DNA of 62,400 nucleotides, counting the filler. It is 5 parts of 5 records of this genome, joined end to end, with 100 filler letters (N's around TTAATTAATTAA, not from the genome) between each part and the next. Parts side by side here need not be neighbours in the genome. Positions count along the whole stretch, not along the records: positions 1 to 11,415 come from SRR20825010_3674; positions 11,516 to 30,296 come from SRR20825010_3693; 3 more parts are not named here. One strand, 5' to 3'. Made by a program: the position numbers and the translations under genes. The stretch's first letter is position 1. Each line of letters opens with the position of its first letter. The notes below the pieces were generated by a model, which made no database searches, was not told where the DNA came from, and saw only the letters and a list, made by a program, of their open reading frames with translations. Below, piece by piece: positions 8,589 through 17,395 of the stretch.

Positions 8589-9127
8589 TGACCGCGAAAG
8601 CTGCCAGCGCCGACGCAAATCTTCTCGCGGGAATTAAAATTCTCGTCGTCGAAGACAGCGCCAATATGCGTGAGCTGCTCACTGTCCTTCTCACTGCAAT
8701 GGGAATTGGCGACATTCGCTGTGCCGAAAACGGCGAAGCCGGTCTCGCCCTCTTTCACGAGATGCGACCTGATCTTGTCATCACCGACGGTATGATGCAG
8801 CCCATGTCGGGCTACGTCATGACACGGGCCATCCGCTCCATGCGTGATGCGCCCGGCGCACCCCATCCCTTGGCCGATGTGCCCGTCCTTATGCTGTCAG
8901 GTCACAACGAACCCGATATTGTCGAATGGGCGCGCGACGAAGGTGTCACCGAGTATATTGTAAAGCCGGTCACACCCCAGCTGCTTTACGAGCGCGTGTT
9001 GAACGCCATCAAAAACCCGCTGCATATTGTCGAGACAAATTCCTATCGTGGCCCCTCGCCGCGCCGCCGCCTCGTGCCGCAAGTGGCCGACATGGCGCAA
9101 CCCGCGCCCGCAAAGCCCCGACACTAG
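8588..9127 (+). CDS. CheY-like response regulator with an Arg-rich C-terminal extension (Cle-like)
   Basis: ILVVED, LVITD, LMLSGH, YIVKP, followed by IVETNSYRGPSPRRR; TAATG stop/start overlap with the Hpt gene. Confidence 0.88.
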   Translation: MTAKAASADANLLAGIKILVVEDSANMRELLTVLLTAMGIGDIRCAENGEAGLALFHEMRPDLVITDGMMQPMSGYVMTRAIRSMRDAPGAPHPLADVPVLMLSGHNEPDIVEWARDEGVTEYIVKPVTPQLLYERVLNAIKNPLHIVETNSYRGPSPRRRLVPQVADMAQPAPAKPRH

Positions 9128-9140
9128 GCGCCAACTGGTC

Positions 9141-9959
9141 TCAGCCCGTTACCTCGTCGAGAAAACGGCCAAGCAACGGATTGACCACACCCGCATCTTC
9201 CCAGAACGGCATATGGGCAAGCCCCTCCAGCACATGCACCTTGCCATCCCAGAGATTTGCGTAAGTCACAGTTTTCAGAAATGCGTTATTGACGAAAGGC
9301 TCCTCGGAGCCTGTCACAACCGCCAGCGGCTTTGTCGCCGTGCCTGCAATCTCGCGCCCGTCCAGATCTTGCCCGCTGATCGCTGCTTGCAACATCAGCG
9401 GACGAAAGCGTCCGTCTGCCCGTTCAGCAGCCGCGATCATCCAGGGCAACAACTCAACCTTGTCGCCGATACTGCGCTGCGCCTGTGCATGCGCCTCTTC
9501 CTTGGTGTAGGCATCCTTGAAGGTCAGCGCCATATGTTCAGACGGCAAAAACGCCTCGCCCATATCCGCACCACCGGCAGGCGGTGTGCCTGTGATCCAA
9601 GCCGCAACCGTACCGGGCCAGCGCGCCAGCATTTCCAGCGCCGCATGTCCGCCCAGCGACCAGCCCACCACCACCGCTTGTTCGATCTCCAGCGCCTCCA
9701 GCAGCGCAATCGCCGCATCGGCAAAACCGTGAATGGAATAGGTCTTGGCAGGGTCCGGCGCATCTGTGCTGGCACCATGCCCGGGCAGGTCGAAGGCGAT
9801 CATGCGATAGCTCAGCCCAAGCTCGCTCACCACCTGCCTGCCGAACATCTCCTTGCAGGACGAATTGCCATGGATCAGCAGAACCGCCGGCCCCGCCCCG
9901 CCTGAATCCATATAAGCCAGTCGTCCATGTTCCGTTTCGCAAAAACCCGTCTTCAACAT
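9141..9959 (-). CDS. Alpha/beta-fold hydrolase
   Basis: LLIHGNSS, FDLPGHGAS, nucleophile elbow GWSLGG, C-terminal His in AHMPFWE. Confidence 0.93.
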   Translation of the reverse strand: MLKTGFCETEHGRLAYMDSGGAGPAVLLIHGNSSCKEMFGRQVVSELGLSYRMIAFDLPGHGASTDAPDPAKTYSIHGFADAAIALLEALEIEQAVVVGWSLGGHAALEMLARWPGTVAAWITGTPPAGGADMGEAFLPSEHMALTFKDAYTKEEAHAQAQRSIGDKVELLPWMIAAAERADGRFRPLMLQAAISGQDLDGREIAGTATKPLAVVTGSEEPFVNNAFLKTVTYANLWDGKVHVLEGLAHMPFWEDAGVVNPLLGRFLDEVTG

Positions 9960-10035
9960 CGGCTGTTTCCCTCGATTCCTCTGCCCACACTAACATTCCC
10001 CGACGCTTTCGCTCTCGGTAAATACCGATACTCGG

Positions 10036-10057
10036 AAAATGACTAGGGCGTCATTTT
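10036..10057. promoter_or_regulatory. Palindromic operator candidate
   Basis: AAAATGAC-TAGGGC-GTCATTTT, perfect 8-bp arms, between the divergent hydrolase and diiron genes. Confidence 0.55.
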
Positions 10058-10179
10058 TTATTGCAGGTCGAAATTCACAGGCGTAGGCTTTCGCTCATGG
10101 ACGGTTCGGCCAATACATCTGGTCTGCCGAACCGGTGAGATCATGCGCGATAGCGCTCGAATTGGCTCTGGGAGGAGAC

Positions 10180-11313
10180 ATGACGAATATCACCACCAAT
10201 ATCACCACCGACCCCGCTTACGAGGCCGTCGCGCCTGACGACTTTCCGGCCATGATGGAAGTGGAGCGTTACAACAACCGCTCCTCTGCCTTCGACAAGA
10301 TCATCTCCGCGACCCATGACCATTTCTGGGATCCGCTCGACACAAAATATATCGACTTCTCCAAACCCTTCGACATGGAGAACGAATATCTGATCGACCC
10401 CTCACTGAACGGCGATCTGAAAACCGCTGTCGGCGACAAGCTCGACGAAAAGCAGAAGATCAAACTCGTCAATCTCGACACGCAATGGGGCCTTTCCTCG
10501 ATCCTGCATGGTGAGGCCGGTGCCTTGGCGCTGTCGGCTTCCCTCTGCCACATCCTGAAAGATCCCGGCGCACAGGAATATGCGGCCAACCAGACGCGCG
10601 AAGAGGCCCGCCATGTGGCCGGATTCTCTCGCTACATTCAGGCGCGCTGGGGCAAACCCGTCGCCGTGGGTCCAGCCCTTGGCGACACGCTGACCGAGCT
10701 GGTCAACACGCCGCTTGTCTGGAAAAAAATCGTCGGCATGCAAATGCTGGTCGAAGGCCTCGCCATGGGCGCTTTCGCCACCTTCTACAAGTCGAGCCGC
10801 GATCCGCTGATGGTGCAGCTCATGCAACTTGTCATGACCGACGAAGCCTTCCATCACAAGTTCGGCAAGATCTGGGCTGACCGCACCATTCCGAAGATCA
10901 ATCCGCAAGAGCGCGATGCGATCGAGGATTGGGCATGGCAGATTTTCGAAGTGCTGCTCTACAATCTGGGCAGCCCCGAACAGAAAAAGCATATCTATGC
11001 CGCTGTCGGTCTCGAATGGCAGTGGGTGCAAGGTGCTTTCATGGAAGCCCTCACCGATGCCGCGATCCGCGAGGAAATGCAGGAATCAACCAATATTTTC
11101 CGCGTGCTGATTAAAACGCTTCTCAAAGCAGGCATCATCACCAGCCGCACATCCGGCAATTACGCCGCCTTCATCGACATGAAGGAACTGCACATGGAAG
11201 GCGACCGCATGGTCGGCGACGATATTGCAGAAGAAGGCATCAAATACCTCTTGAAGCTCAACGGCCAAGGCGACCGCGCCTATTCGCTCGACAAAATGTC
11301 GGCTGCCGAATAA
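10180..11313 (+). CDS. Ferritin-like diiron protein (AurF/desaturase-like superfamily)
   Basis: Two E...ExxH sets: HGEAGA...EEARH and VEGLA...DEAFH; GGAGGAG RBS. Confidence 0.85.
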   Translation: MTNITTNITTDPAYEAVAPDDFPAMMEVERYNNRSSAFDKIISATHDHFWDPLDTKYIDFSKPFDMENEYLIDPSLNGDLKTAVGDKLDEKQKIKLVNLDTQWGLSSILHGEAGALALSASLCHILKDPGAQEYAANQTREEARHVAGFSRYIQARWGKPVAVGPALGDTLTELVNTPLVWKKIVGMQMLVEGLAMGAFATFYKSSRDPLMVQLMQLVMTDEAFHHKFGKIWADRTIPKINPQERDAIEDWAWQIFEVLLYNLGSPEQKKHIYAAVGLEWQWVQGAFMEALTDAAIREEMQESTNIFRVLIKTLLKAGIITSRTSGNYAAFIDMKELHMEGDRMVGDDIAEEGIKYLLKLNGQGDRAYSLDKMSAAE

Positions 11314-11333
11314 GCGCGACCGGATCGAAATAC

Positions 11334-11363
11334 AAAAGGGCGGCTCTCACAAGCCGCCCTTTT
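11334..11363 (+). terminator. Intrinsic terminator (bidirectional type)
   Basis: AAAAGGGCGGCT-CTCACA-AGCCGCCCTTTT, 20 bp after the stop codon. Confidence 0.85.
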
Positions 11364-11387
11364 CTATGTCTCCAAATCAAAAACCAC

Positions 11388-11415
11388 GTCATGGCCGGAC
11401 TTGATCCGGCCATCC
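11388..11415. repeat. REP-like palindromic unit at the contig end
   Basis: GTCATGGCCGGACTTGATCCGGCCATCC is a near-exact reverse complement of 255-282; the contig ends here. Confidence 0.7.
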
Positions 11416-11515
11416 NNNNNNNNNNNNNNNNNNNNNNNNNNNNNNNNNNNNNNNNNNNNTTAATTAATTAANNNNNNNNNNNNNNNNNNNNNNNNNNNNN
11501 NNNNNNNNNNNNNNN
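11416..11515. other. Artificial contig spacer
   Basis: 100 nt of N with a central TTAATTAATTAA (stops in all six frames). Confidence 0.99.
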
Positions 11516-11548
11516 CCGACCCCTCCCGCTGCGCGGGCGGGGTTCTCA
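11516..11548. repeat. GC-rich palindromic repeat remnant at the contig start
   Basis: ACCCCTCCCGC-TGC-GCGGGCGGGGT hairpin at the contig edge. Confidence 0.4.
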
Positions 11549-11632
11549 AGGCGTTGATGGCACAGCATTTCACAACTGCACGACCTCCGTTCTCGGTGGA
11601 GACCACCGAGCCACAGGTTGAATGCTTGCGGA

Positions 11633-12862
11633 TCAGCCTTCGGCTGGCAAGCGGCCGGCTTCGATGACAGGGAAATCGCTTTGCAATCCCTGACGCATGA
11701 ACTCGACCAAGTCCGCTTTCTCTTGTTCGGTCAAGTTCAGTGGCTTCATCTTGTCGCTCAGGTAGGGGTTGGGGTGTCCACCTTTGTTGTACCACTCGAT
11801 GACTTCTTCCAGCGTCGCTTGACTGCCGTCGTGCATGTACGGTCCCGTGTCGGCGACGTTACGCATCGTGGGCGTTTTGAATGCGCCGCGATCCTTTTCT
11901 TCTTTGGTCACTTCGAAACGACCCAAGTCAGGATTCTCCGAATCCATGCCAACACCGATGTTATGAAATTGCTCGTCGGTGAAGTTTGCACCCGCGTGGC
12001 AGGCGGTGCAGTTGGCTTTTCCAAAGGTCAGTTCCATGCCGCGAATCGATGATTCGGTCATCGGGTTTTTGGCGGCTTCTTCTTTCAGCTTGGCATATTG
12101 CTCGGCGAGTGCGGGCTCTTCGTCGAGGTATTCCAAATCTTCGGCAAACGTTTTTTCAAACGCCGACAAAGGAGCGTAGTAGTCGTACGGAGCGGGTCCG
12201 GTCACGATCGCTCGTTCGAATGTGGCCAGTGCTTTGCCGATGTTATCGATCGTCACACCATCGTCGAATACCTTGTCAAACTGAGCTTTGTAGACCGGGT
12301 TGTCAGCGAGTGTCTTCACGCAGACTTCGTGGGTATTGCCCATCTCGATTGGGTTGGCGATCGGTCCCACGGCTTGCTCTTCCAAAGACGCCGCGCGTCC
12401 ATCATGGAATTGATGTTTGCTGAGAATGCGATTGAACGAGACCGGTGAGTTTCGGTTGCCGGTTTGGCCTCGGATGCCTTCGCCGAATTGAGTGGGAGCA
12501 CCCCAGCCGGTTTCAGGTGCGTGGCAAGTCGCACAAGAGATCGTGCCGTCGGCCGACAAACGAGGGTCGAAATACAGCTGACGTCCCAATTCGATCTTGG
12601 CTCGCGTGATCGGGTTGTCCTCAGGGATATGAATGTTGCCCGAGGCGGCGTCGAGCCCCTTGGGAAGTTCAACGTTCAGTTCCGTGTGGTTGTCGGCGTT
12701 GGCCAGAAAACGTTGGGCTTGTTCCAGCGTCAGTGGGCCGTCGCCGGGGATTCCAGCGGTGAGTGTTGGGTCGCCGAGCGAAACGGTTTCTGCGGCGAAA
12801 ACGGTGGGGCCGGCGGCAACCAAAGTCGCCGCGGCACACATCAAAAAGCGATGAATGGTCAT
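11633..12862 (-). CDS. Di-heme cytochrome c peroxidase / MauG-family protein, exported
   Basis: Signal peptide, LGRQLYFDPRLS, CATCH and CTACH heme motifs, FKTPTMRNV, PYMHDG. Confidence 0.92.
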   Translation of the reverse strand: MTIHRFLMCAAATLVAAGPTVFAAETVSLGDPTLTAGIPGDGPLTLEQAQRFLANADNHTELNVELPKGLDAASGNIHIPEDNPITRAKIELGRQLYFDPRLSADGTISCATCHAPETGWGAPTQFGEGIRGQTGNRNSPVSFNRILSKHQFHDGRAASLEEQAVGPIANPIEMGNTHEVCVKTLADNPVYKAQFDKVFDDGVTIDNIGKALATFERAIVTGPAPYDYYAPLSAFEKTFAEDLEYLDEEPALAEQYAKLKEEAAKNPMTESSIRGMELTFGKANCTACHAGANFTDEQFHNIGVGMDSENPDLGRFEVTKEEKDRGAFKTPTMRNVADTGPYMHDGSQATLEEVIEWYNKGGHPNPYLSDKMKPLNLTEQEKADLVEFMRQGLQSDFPVIEAGRLPAEG

Positions 12863-13087
12863 GGTGAAATTCAAAGTGTTTGGGAAGGCGTCGTTGAAAC
12901 GAAGCATCGGGCGGACGAATCCGGCTTGTTCTCTCGGCTGGCAGTGGCAGCAGGAAAACCGATGGCAAGGCAGTGCGAAACGCGTTGGTTTCTCGCCGCG
13001 AGGCAGGACTTACAGTTTAGCATCTCAGGCACGGTTCGCGACTCAAATCGAGGCGATTCGTTTTGAGACCGAATGGGACGAGTCGGC

Positions 13088-14191
13088 TCAGAGTTCGGAG
13101 AAAAGAGAACGCTGCGGACGGTCGAGTAAGCGGACGATTTTCCGCCCGGTCACACTCATCGGCATGTCCGCCAACTCGTCGACCGTTGCCCACTGCCAAG
13201 AGTCCGGCATCGGTCCGTCCTCTGCGACGCGGTCGCTGTTCACGTTCCACTCGCCAAGGTGAACGTGCAGGGTCATTCGGTATCGAGTGACCGCGTGTTT
13301 GATGGTTTTTAAACGCATTCCGAGCGTCACATCACCGCCCAGTTGGCCTGCCAACCACGATTCCATTCCCACCACGTCGTCGGCTTCGGGTGGACCGGCG
13401 CGAGGGAAATCGATCATCCCGGCGAAACGAACTCCTTCGGGAATTGTTCGCACGAGGTACCGATCGTCGCGAGAAATCACGACGGCGATTTCGGTTCGAG
13501 ACTCGTATTGGACCTTGCTGATTTTGCCCGGGATTTCGTCCTGCAGCCCCATTTGGTTGGCGTGGCAGATTGTCGCCACCGGGCACTCGCCGCACTTTGG
13601 CGAGCGAGGAGAACAGATCAGTGCGCCCAGTTCCATCGCGGCTTGGTTGAATCCCGCGGGGCCATTGGATCGATCGTCCGCCTTTCGGCGTGGCAGCATT
13701 TTGTCGGATAATTCCCACAGTCTGGCCTGAGCGACTTTCTCGGTTGGCGGCACGGTCAAACCGATCCATCGGCTGAAAACTCGTTGAGTGTTGCCTTCCA
13801 GAATTGGAAACGCTTTGTTGCGAGAAATCGACTGGATCGCTCCCGCGGTGTAGCGACCAATGCCCGGCAATGCCAGCACATCGTCGAAGGACTCCGGGAA
13901 CTCGCCGTTATGTTCTTCGACCATTTTCTTCGCCGCGGCGTGCAGTGATCTCGCCCGGCGGTAATAGCCCAGGCCTTCCCACATTCGCATCAGCTGGCTT
14001 TCGTCTGCGTCCGCCAAATCGCGAATCGTTGGGTAAGTGCTGAGGAAGCGTTCGAAGTACGGCAGAACCGTCGCCACTTGAGTTTGCTGGCACATGATCT
14101 CGCTGATCCAAACCCGGTAAGGCGAATGATCGCGTCGCCAGGGAAGGTCGCGAGCGTTGGCCGAGAACCAACTCAGAAGTCGCTTGCGCAT
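13088..14191 (-). CDS. mutY: A/G-specific adenine glycosylase
   Basis: RDLPWR, PYRVWISEIMCQQTQV, WEGLGYYRRAR, LPGIGRYTAGA, [4Fe-4S] loop CSPRSPKCGECPVATIC. Confidence 0.95.
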   Translation of the reverse strand: MRKRLLSWFSANARDLPWRRDHSPYRVWISEIMCQQTQVATVLPYFERFLSTYPTIRDLADADESQLMRMWEGLGYYRRARSLHAAAKKMVEEHNGEFPESFDDVLALPGIGRYTAGAIQSISRNKAFPILEGNTQRVFSRWIGLTVPPTEKVAQARLWELSDKMLPRRKADDRSNGPAGFNQAAMELGALICSPRSPKCGECPVATICHANQMGLQDEIPGKISKVQYESRTEIAVVISRDDRYLVRTIPEGVRFAGMIDFPRAGPPEADDVVGMESWLAGQLGGDVTLGMRLKTIKHAVTRYRMTLHVHLGEWNVNSDRVAEDGPMPDSWQWATVDELADMPMSVTGRKIVRLLDRPQRSLFSEL

Positions 14192-14329
14192 TCGAGACCG
14201 CCAATTGGAATCTTGCCAATTGCCGGAATCGGTCTGCGGAGCTTCGGTATCGATGGTGTTGGGCGGATGCGAGAGGAGAAGAAGCGAGCGTGAACCGACG
14301 GGCGAACTGGAATCCGCGTTGGCCGCGAA

Positions 14330-15499
14330 TCAGTTGGGTTCGGTCAGTTTGCCAAGTTTTGCATCGGTTTCATACTCGCGGTTGAGTCGCCGGTAAACAA
14401 TGTGAATGTTTTGCCCAGGGTCTCGCGTGTTGATCACAGCTTGCAGGTCCGCGAATCTGCGAACCGGTTCGCCGTTGGCTCGAACGATCACATCGTCGCG
14501 CTGGAGTCCCGCGAGTTCGGCTCCGCTATCTTCGACCACGCTTTGAATGATGCACTCGTTCAACGTGTCATTGCAACGTACACCGAGAAAGCCGCCGCGT
14601 TTGAACTCGATGTTCAAGCCTGGCAACGTTTGCCGCAGCGCGTCAACTTGATTGGACGAGAGATCGGTGCCGTTGAGCGTCAGTGAAATGCGAATCGGAA
14701 GTTTCGCGATGGCATCGAGCAGCTCGTCGTTCAGCGGGACGTAACGGAATTCCAGGTGGTCAATGGAATCAAGGTCGCCAATGACCTTCATCGTTTCCAT
14801 GTCGATGTCGCCATAGAGCAGCGACAGCGTTTTGAGATCGGGCATCTGGGTCACGCCTTTTACGACTCCCTTGCGAATGGCGGGGCCTTCGATACGAGCA
14901 AACTCGACCCGATCGATCCAACGCAGTAGCTCCAGGAGCGAGTCATCGCCTTGGTACGCGTCGTTGATTTCGACGACGCGTTGCAGAGTGGTCGTCGCGC
15001 CGTAGACAAATTCTTTGACGCCGATCACAGCACTTTGCAGAGACAACGTTTGAATTGTCTGAGCACGCCGGACTTGGGTGATTTCTTCGACCGCCATGGA
15101 GGCTCTTTCACCACGACTGCCGCCCATCGTCGACAGCGACAGCAGCGTCTCCCAAGCGTTCGGTTCGTTGGGGTCCATACGGGCTAGCTTTGGCTTCCCG
15201 GATTCTCCTTCGATGATCGGCCGATCCATAGCGATCGATTGCAGGATGCCGATCGCGCGTTGGGTCGTCTCCAGGTCGCCGCGTTCAAGCACTTTGACCA
15301 GGGGCTCGATTGCGGCGGGGCCGGCCTTCAAAAGTGCTTCGGTGGCGTTCTCTCGTCGCAAATATGAATCGCTGGACAAGCTTTCAATTTGAGCGGCAAT
15401 TTCCTCGGGGGTGTCGGCGTGGGAGACCGGAGCGAGGGCGAAAAGCAGCACAAAGCCAGCAATTTTCGTGCTTTGGTGAATCAAAGAAACGGAACGCAT
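14330..15499 (-). CDS. Exported protein with HEAT-like N-terminus, LRR-like middle and C-terminal PDZ domain
   Basis: Signal peptide; LSSDSYLRRENATEALLKAGPAAIEPL; GGFLGV...VVEDSGAELAGLQRDDVIVRANGEPV (PDZ). Confidence 0.75.
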   Translation of the reverse strand: MRSVSLIHQSTKIAGFVLLFALAPVSHADTPEEIAAQIESLSSDSYLRRENATEALLKAGPAAIEPLVKVLERGDLETTQRAIGILQSIAMDRPIIEGESGKPKLARMDPNEPNAWETLLSLSTMGGSRGERASMAVEEITQVRRAQTIQTLSLQSAVIGVKEFVYGATTTLQRVVEINDAYQGDDSLLELLRWIDRVEFARIEGPAIRKGVVKGVTQMPDLKTLSLLYGDIDMETMKVIGDLDSIDHLEFRYVPLNDELLDAIAKLPIRISLTLNGTDLSSNQVDALRQTLPGLNIEFKRGGFLGVRCNDTLNECIIQSVVEDSGAELAGLQRDDVIVRANGEPVRRFADLQAVINTRDPGQNIHIVYRRLNREYETDAKLGKLTEPN

Positions 15500-15725
15500 G
15501 GGGCCACATGATGGGTGGGAAGGCCGCGAAAGGGCGTGGTTACGAGCAGGATGACACCTTTGAAGCGAGGGGCAGGGTGTCCCGGGTTCGGCCGTCATCG
15601 TATTCTACCGGAAATCATGAAGAACGCACGCGACAGTCGTTTCGATTGCGGTCCGTTTCCCCGGGGGAGCGAACCTATCGTAGCGGGAAGCCGCGGTTGT
15701 CCTCTTTGGTTGGGATGATTCGCAA

Positions 15726-17306
15726 ATGGCGTCTCATCCACCATCATCCCCATCGACTTTTCACTGGAGCCTGCCCGGAATGTTGTCACGCGTGTTGGTT
15801 GTCGTTTGTTTGCTCACGTGCATTCTCGGTGTGCCCCTGGTCGGCCTGCCGGTTGCCAGTGTGGGGGCTCAGGACGAGGTCGCAAATACCTCGGCGGCTG
15901 AGACTGCACCGGCCGAACCGTCGGCTTCGGCGGAGGAAATTGCTCCGGCGGAGGAAACCGAAGCAGCCGAGGAGCCGGCCGCTCCGACATTGGAAAGCCT
16001 GCAAGCGGGAGTCGATGAGGCTTTGCTGGCCGGACACAACGGTTGGATGCTGGTTTGTTGTGCTTTGGTGTTGTTCATGACCGCCCCAGGCCTGGCGATG
16101 TTCTACGGCGGTTTGGTCCGTCGCAAAAACGTTCTCAGCGTAATGATGCAGTGCATCTTCTTGATGGGAATGATGACGGTGCTTTGGGCACTCTACGGTT
16201 ACTCGTTCGCCTTCGGTGGATCAGGCGGTTGGTTCGGCAACACGGACTACTTGTTCATGGAAGGTGTCCAGCGGTACTGGGACGAAGACTTGGGCAAAGC
16301 CATCACGCCGATGGAAGGCGCGATGACGCGAATGACTCACATGTTGTTCCAAGGCATGTTCTTCATCATCACGCCCGCTCTGATCTGCGGTGCGTTCGCG
16401 GAACGGATGAAGTTTAGCGCGATGGTGGTTTTCTCGATCCTTTGGGGGACATTCATTTATTGCCCACTGACCCACTGGGTTTGGGACGAAGGACCTTTGT
16501 CGTACTTTGCCGGTGACAAAGCCTTGGCCGGGGGAGCACTCGACTTTGCAGGTGGGACGGTTGTTCACATCAGCAGCGGGATCTCGGCTTTGGTCGCGGC
16601 GTTGCTGATCGGTCCTCGGATGGGTTACCCGCGCGAACCTTTGCAACCGCACAACTTGACCTACACGGCACTTGGTGCCGCGATGTTGTGGGTGGGATGG
16701 TTCGGCTTCAACGCCGGCAGTGAACTTGCATCGGATGATTTGACAGCCAGTGCTTTCGCCGTGACTCACTTTTCGGCCGCCGCCGGTGCGGTTGCTTGGG
16801 TGACACTTGAATGGCTGGTCCTTGGCAAGCCGACCGTTCTGGGCGCCAGCAGTGGTGCGGTTGCCGGATTGGTTTGCATCACACCGGCCGCCGGATTTGT
16901 TCAGCCCATGCCAGCTTTGATCATGGGAGCGATGGCGGGCGGTGTTTGTTACTGGGCGTGTTCGACGCTGAAGCACAAACTTCGCTACGACGATGCTTTG
17001 GATGCGTTTGGTGTCCACGGAGTCGGCGGCACACTCGGCGCAATTCTGACCGGCGTTTTCGCGACTCGTGCGGCCTGGGATGTCAGCGATGGTGTGCCGA
17101 TCGGATTGATCGAATCGGGCGGTGACTTCACCTTGGTCATCGGGCAGGTTGTCGCCGTGCTGGTCACCTACGTGTTCGCCGGAGTCGGAAGTCTGATCCT
17201 GCTGAAGCTGATCGACATCTTCATCGGGCTGCGAGTTCCTGCTGAAAGCGAACAACGTGGTTTGGACATTTCAGATCACGGCGAAGAAGGTTATCAGTTC
17301 GCCTGA
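15726..17306 (+). CDS. amtB: Ammonium transporter
   Basis: ALVLFMTAPGLAMFYGGLVR, DFAGGTVVHISSG, WVGWFGFNAGS, DDALDAFGVHGVGG, GLDISDHGEEGY. Start uncertain (15726 or 15780). Confidence 0.96.
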   Translation: MASHPPSSPSTFHWSLPGMLSRVLVVVCLLTCILGVPLVGLPVASVGAQDEVANTSAAETAPAEPSASAEEIAPAEETEAAEEPAAPTLESLQAGVDEALLAGHNGWMLVCCALVLFMTAPGLAMFYGGLVRRKNVLSVMMQCIFLMGMMTVLWALYGYSFAFGGSGGWFGNTDYLFMEGVQRYWDEDLGKAITPMEGAMTRMTHMLFQGMFFIITPALICGAFAERMKFSAMVVFSILWGTFIYCPLTHWVWDEGPLSYFAGDKALAGGALDFAGGTVVHISSGISALVAALLIGPRMGYPREPLQPHNLTYTALGAAMLWVGWFGFNAGSELASDDLTASAFAVTHFSAAAGAVAWVTLEWLVLGKPTVLGASSGAVAGLVCITPAAGFVQPMPALIMGAMAGGVCYWACSTLKHKLRYDDALDAFGVHGVGGTLGAILTGVFATRAAWDVSDGVPIGLIESGGDFTLVIGQVVAVLVTYVFAGVGSLILLKLIDIFIGLRVPAESEQRGLDISDHGEEGYQFA

Positions 17307-17330
17307 TTTTTGTTTTCAAGATTGAATTCG

Positions 17331-17369
17331 AAAACGCTCGACCATTCCGATGCTCGGGCGTTTTTCTTT
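17331..17369 (+). terminator. Probable intrinsic terminator
   Basis: AAAACGCTCGA...TCGGGCGTTTTTCTTT stem with T-tract between convergent amtB and moeA. Confidence 0.6.
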
Positions 17370-17395
17370 GGCAACGCCAACACTCGCGGGGTCAA

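Noticed and set aside
11460-11471. TTAATTAATTAA recurring four times (possible CtrA-like site or repeat)
   Set aside because: It is always centred in a 100-nt N spacer; it is an artificial six-frame stop linker.
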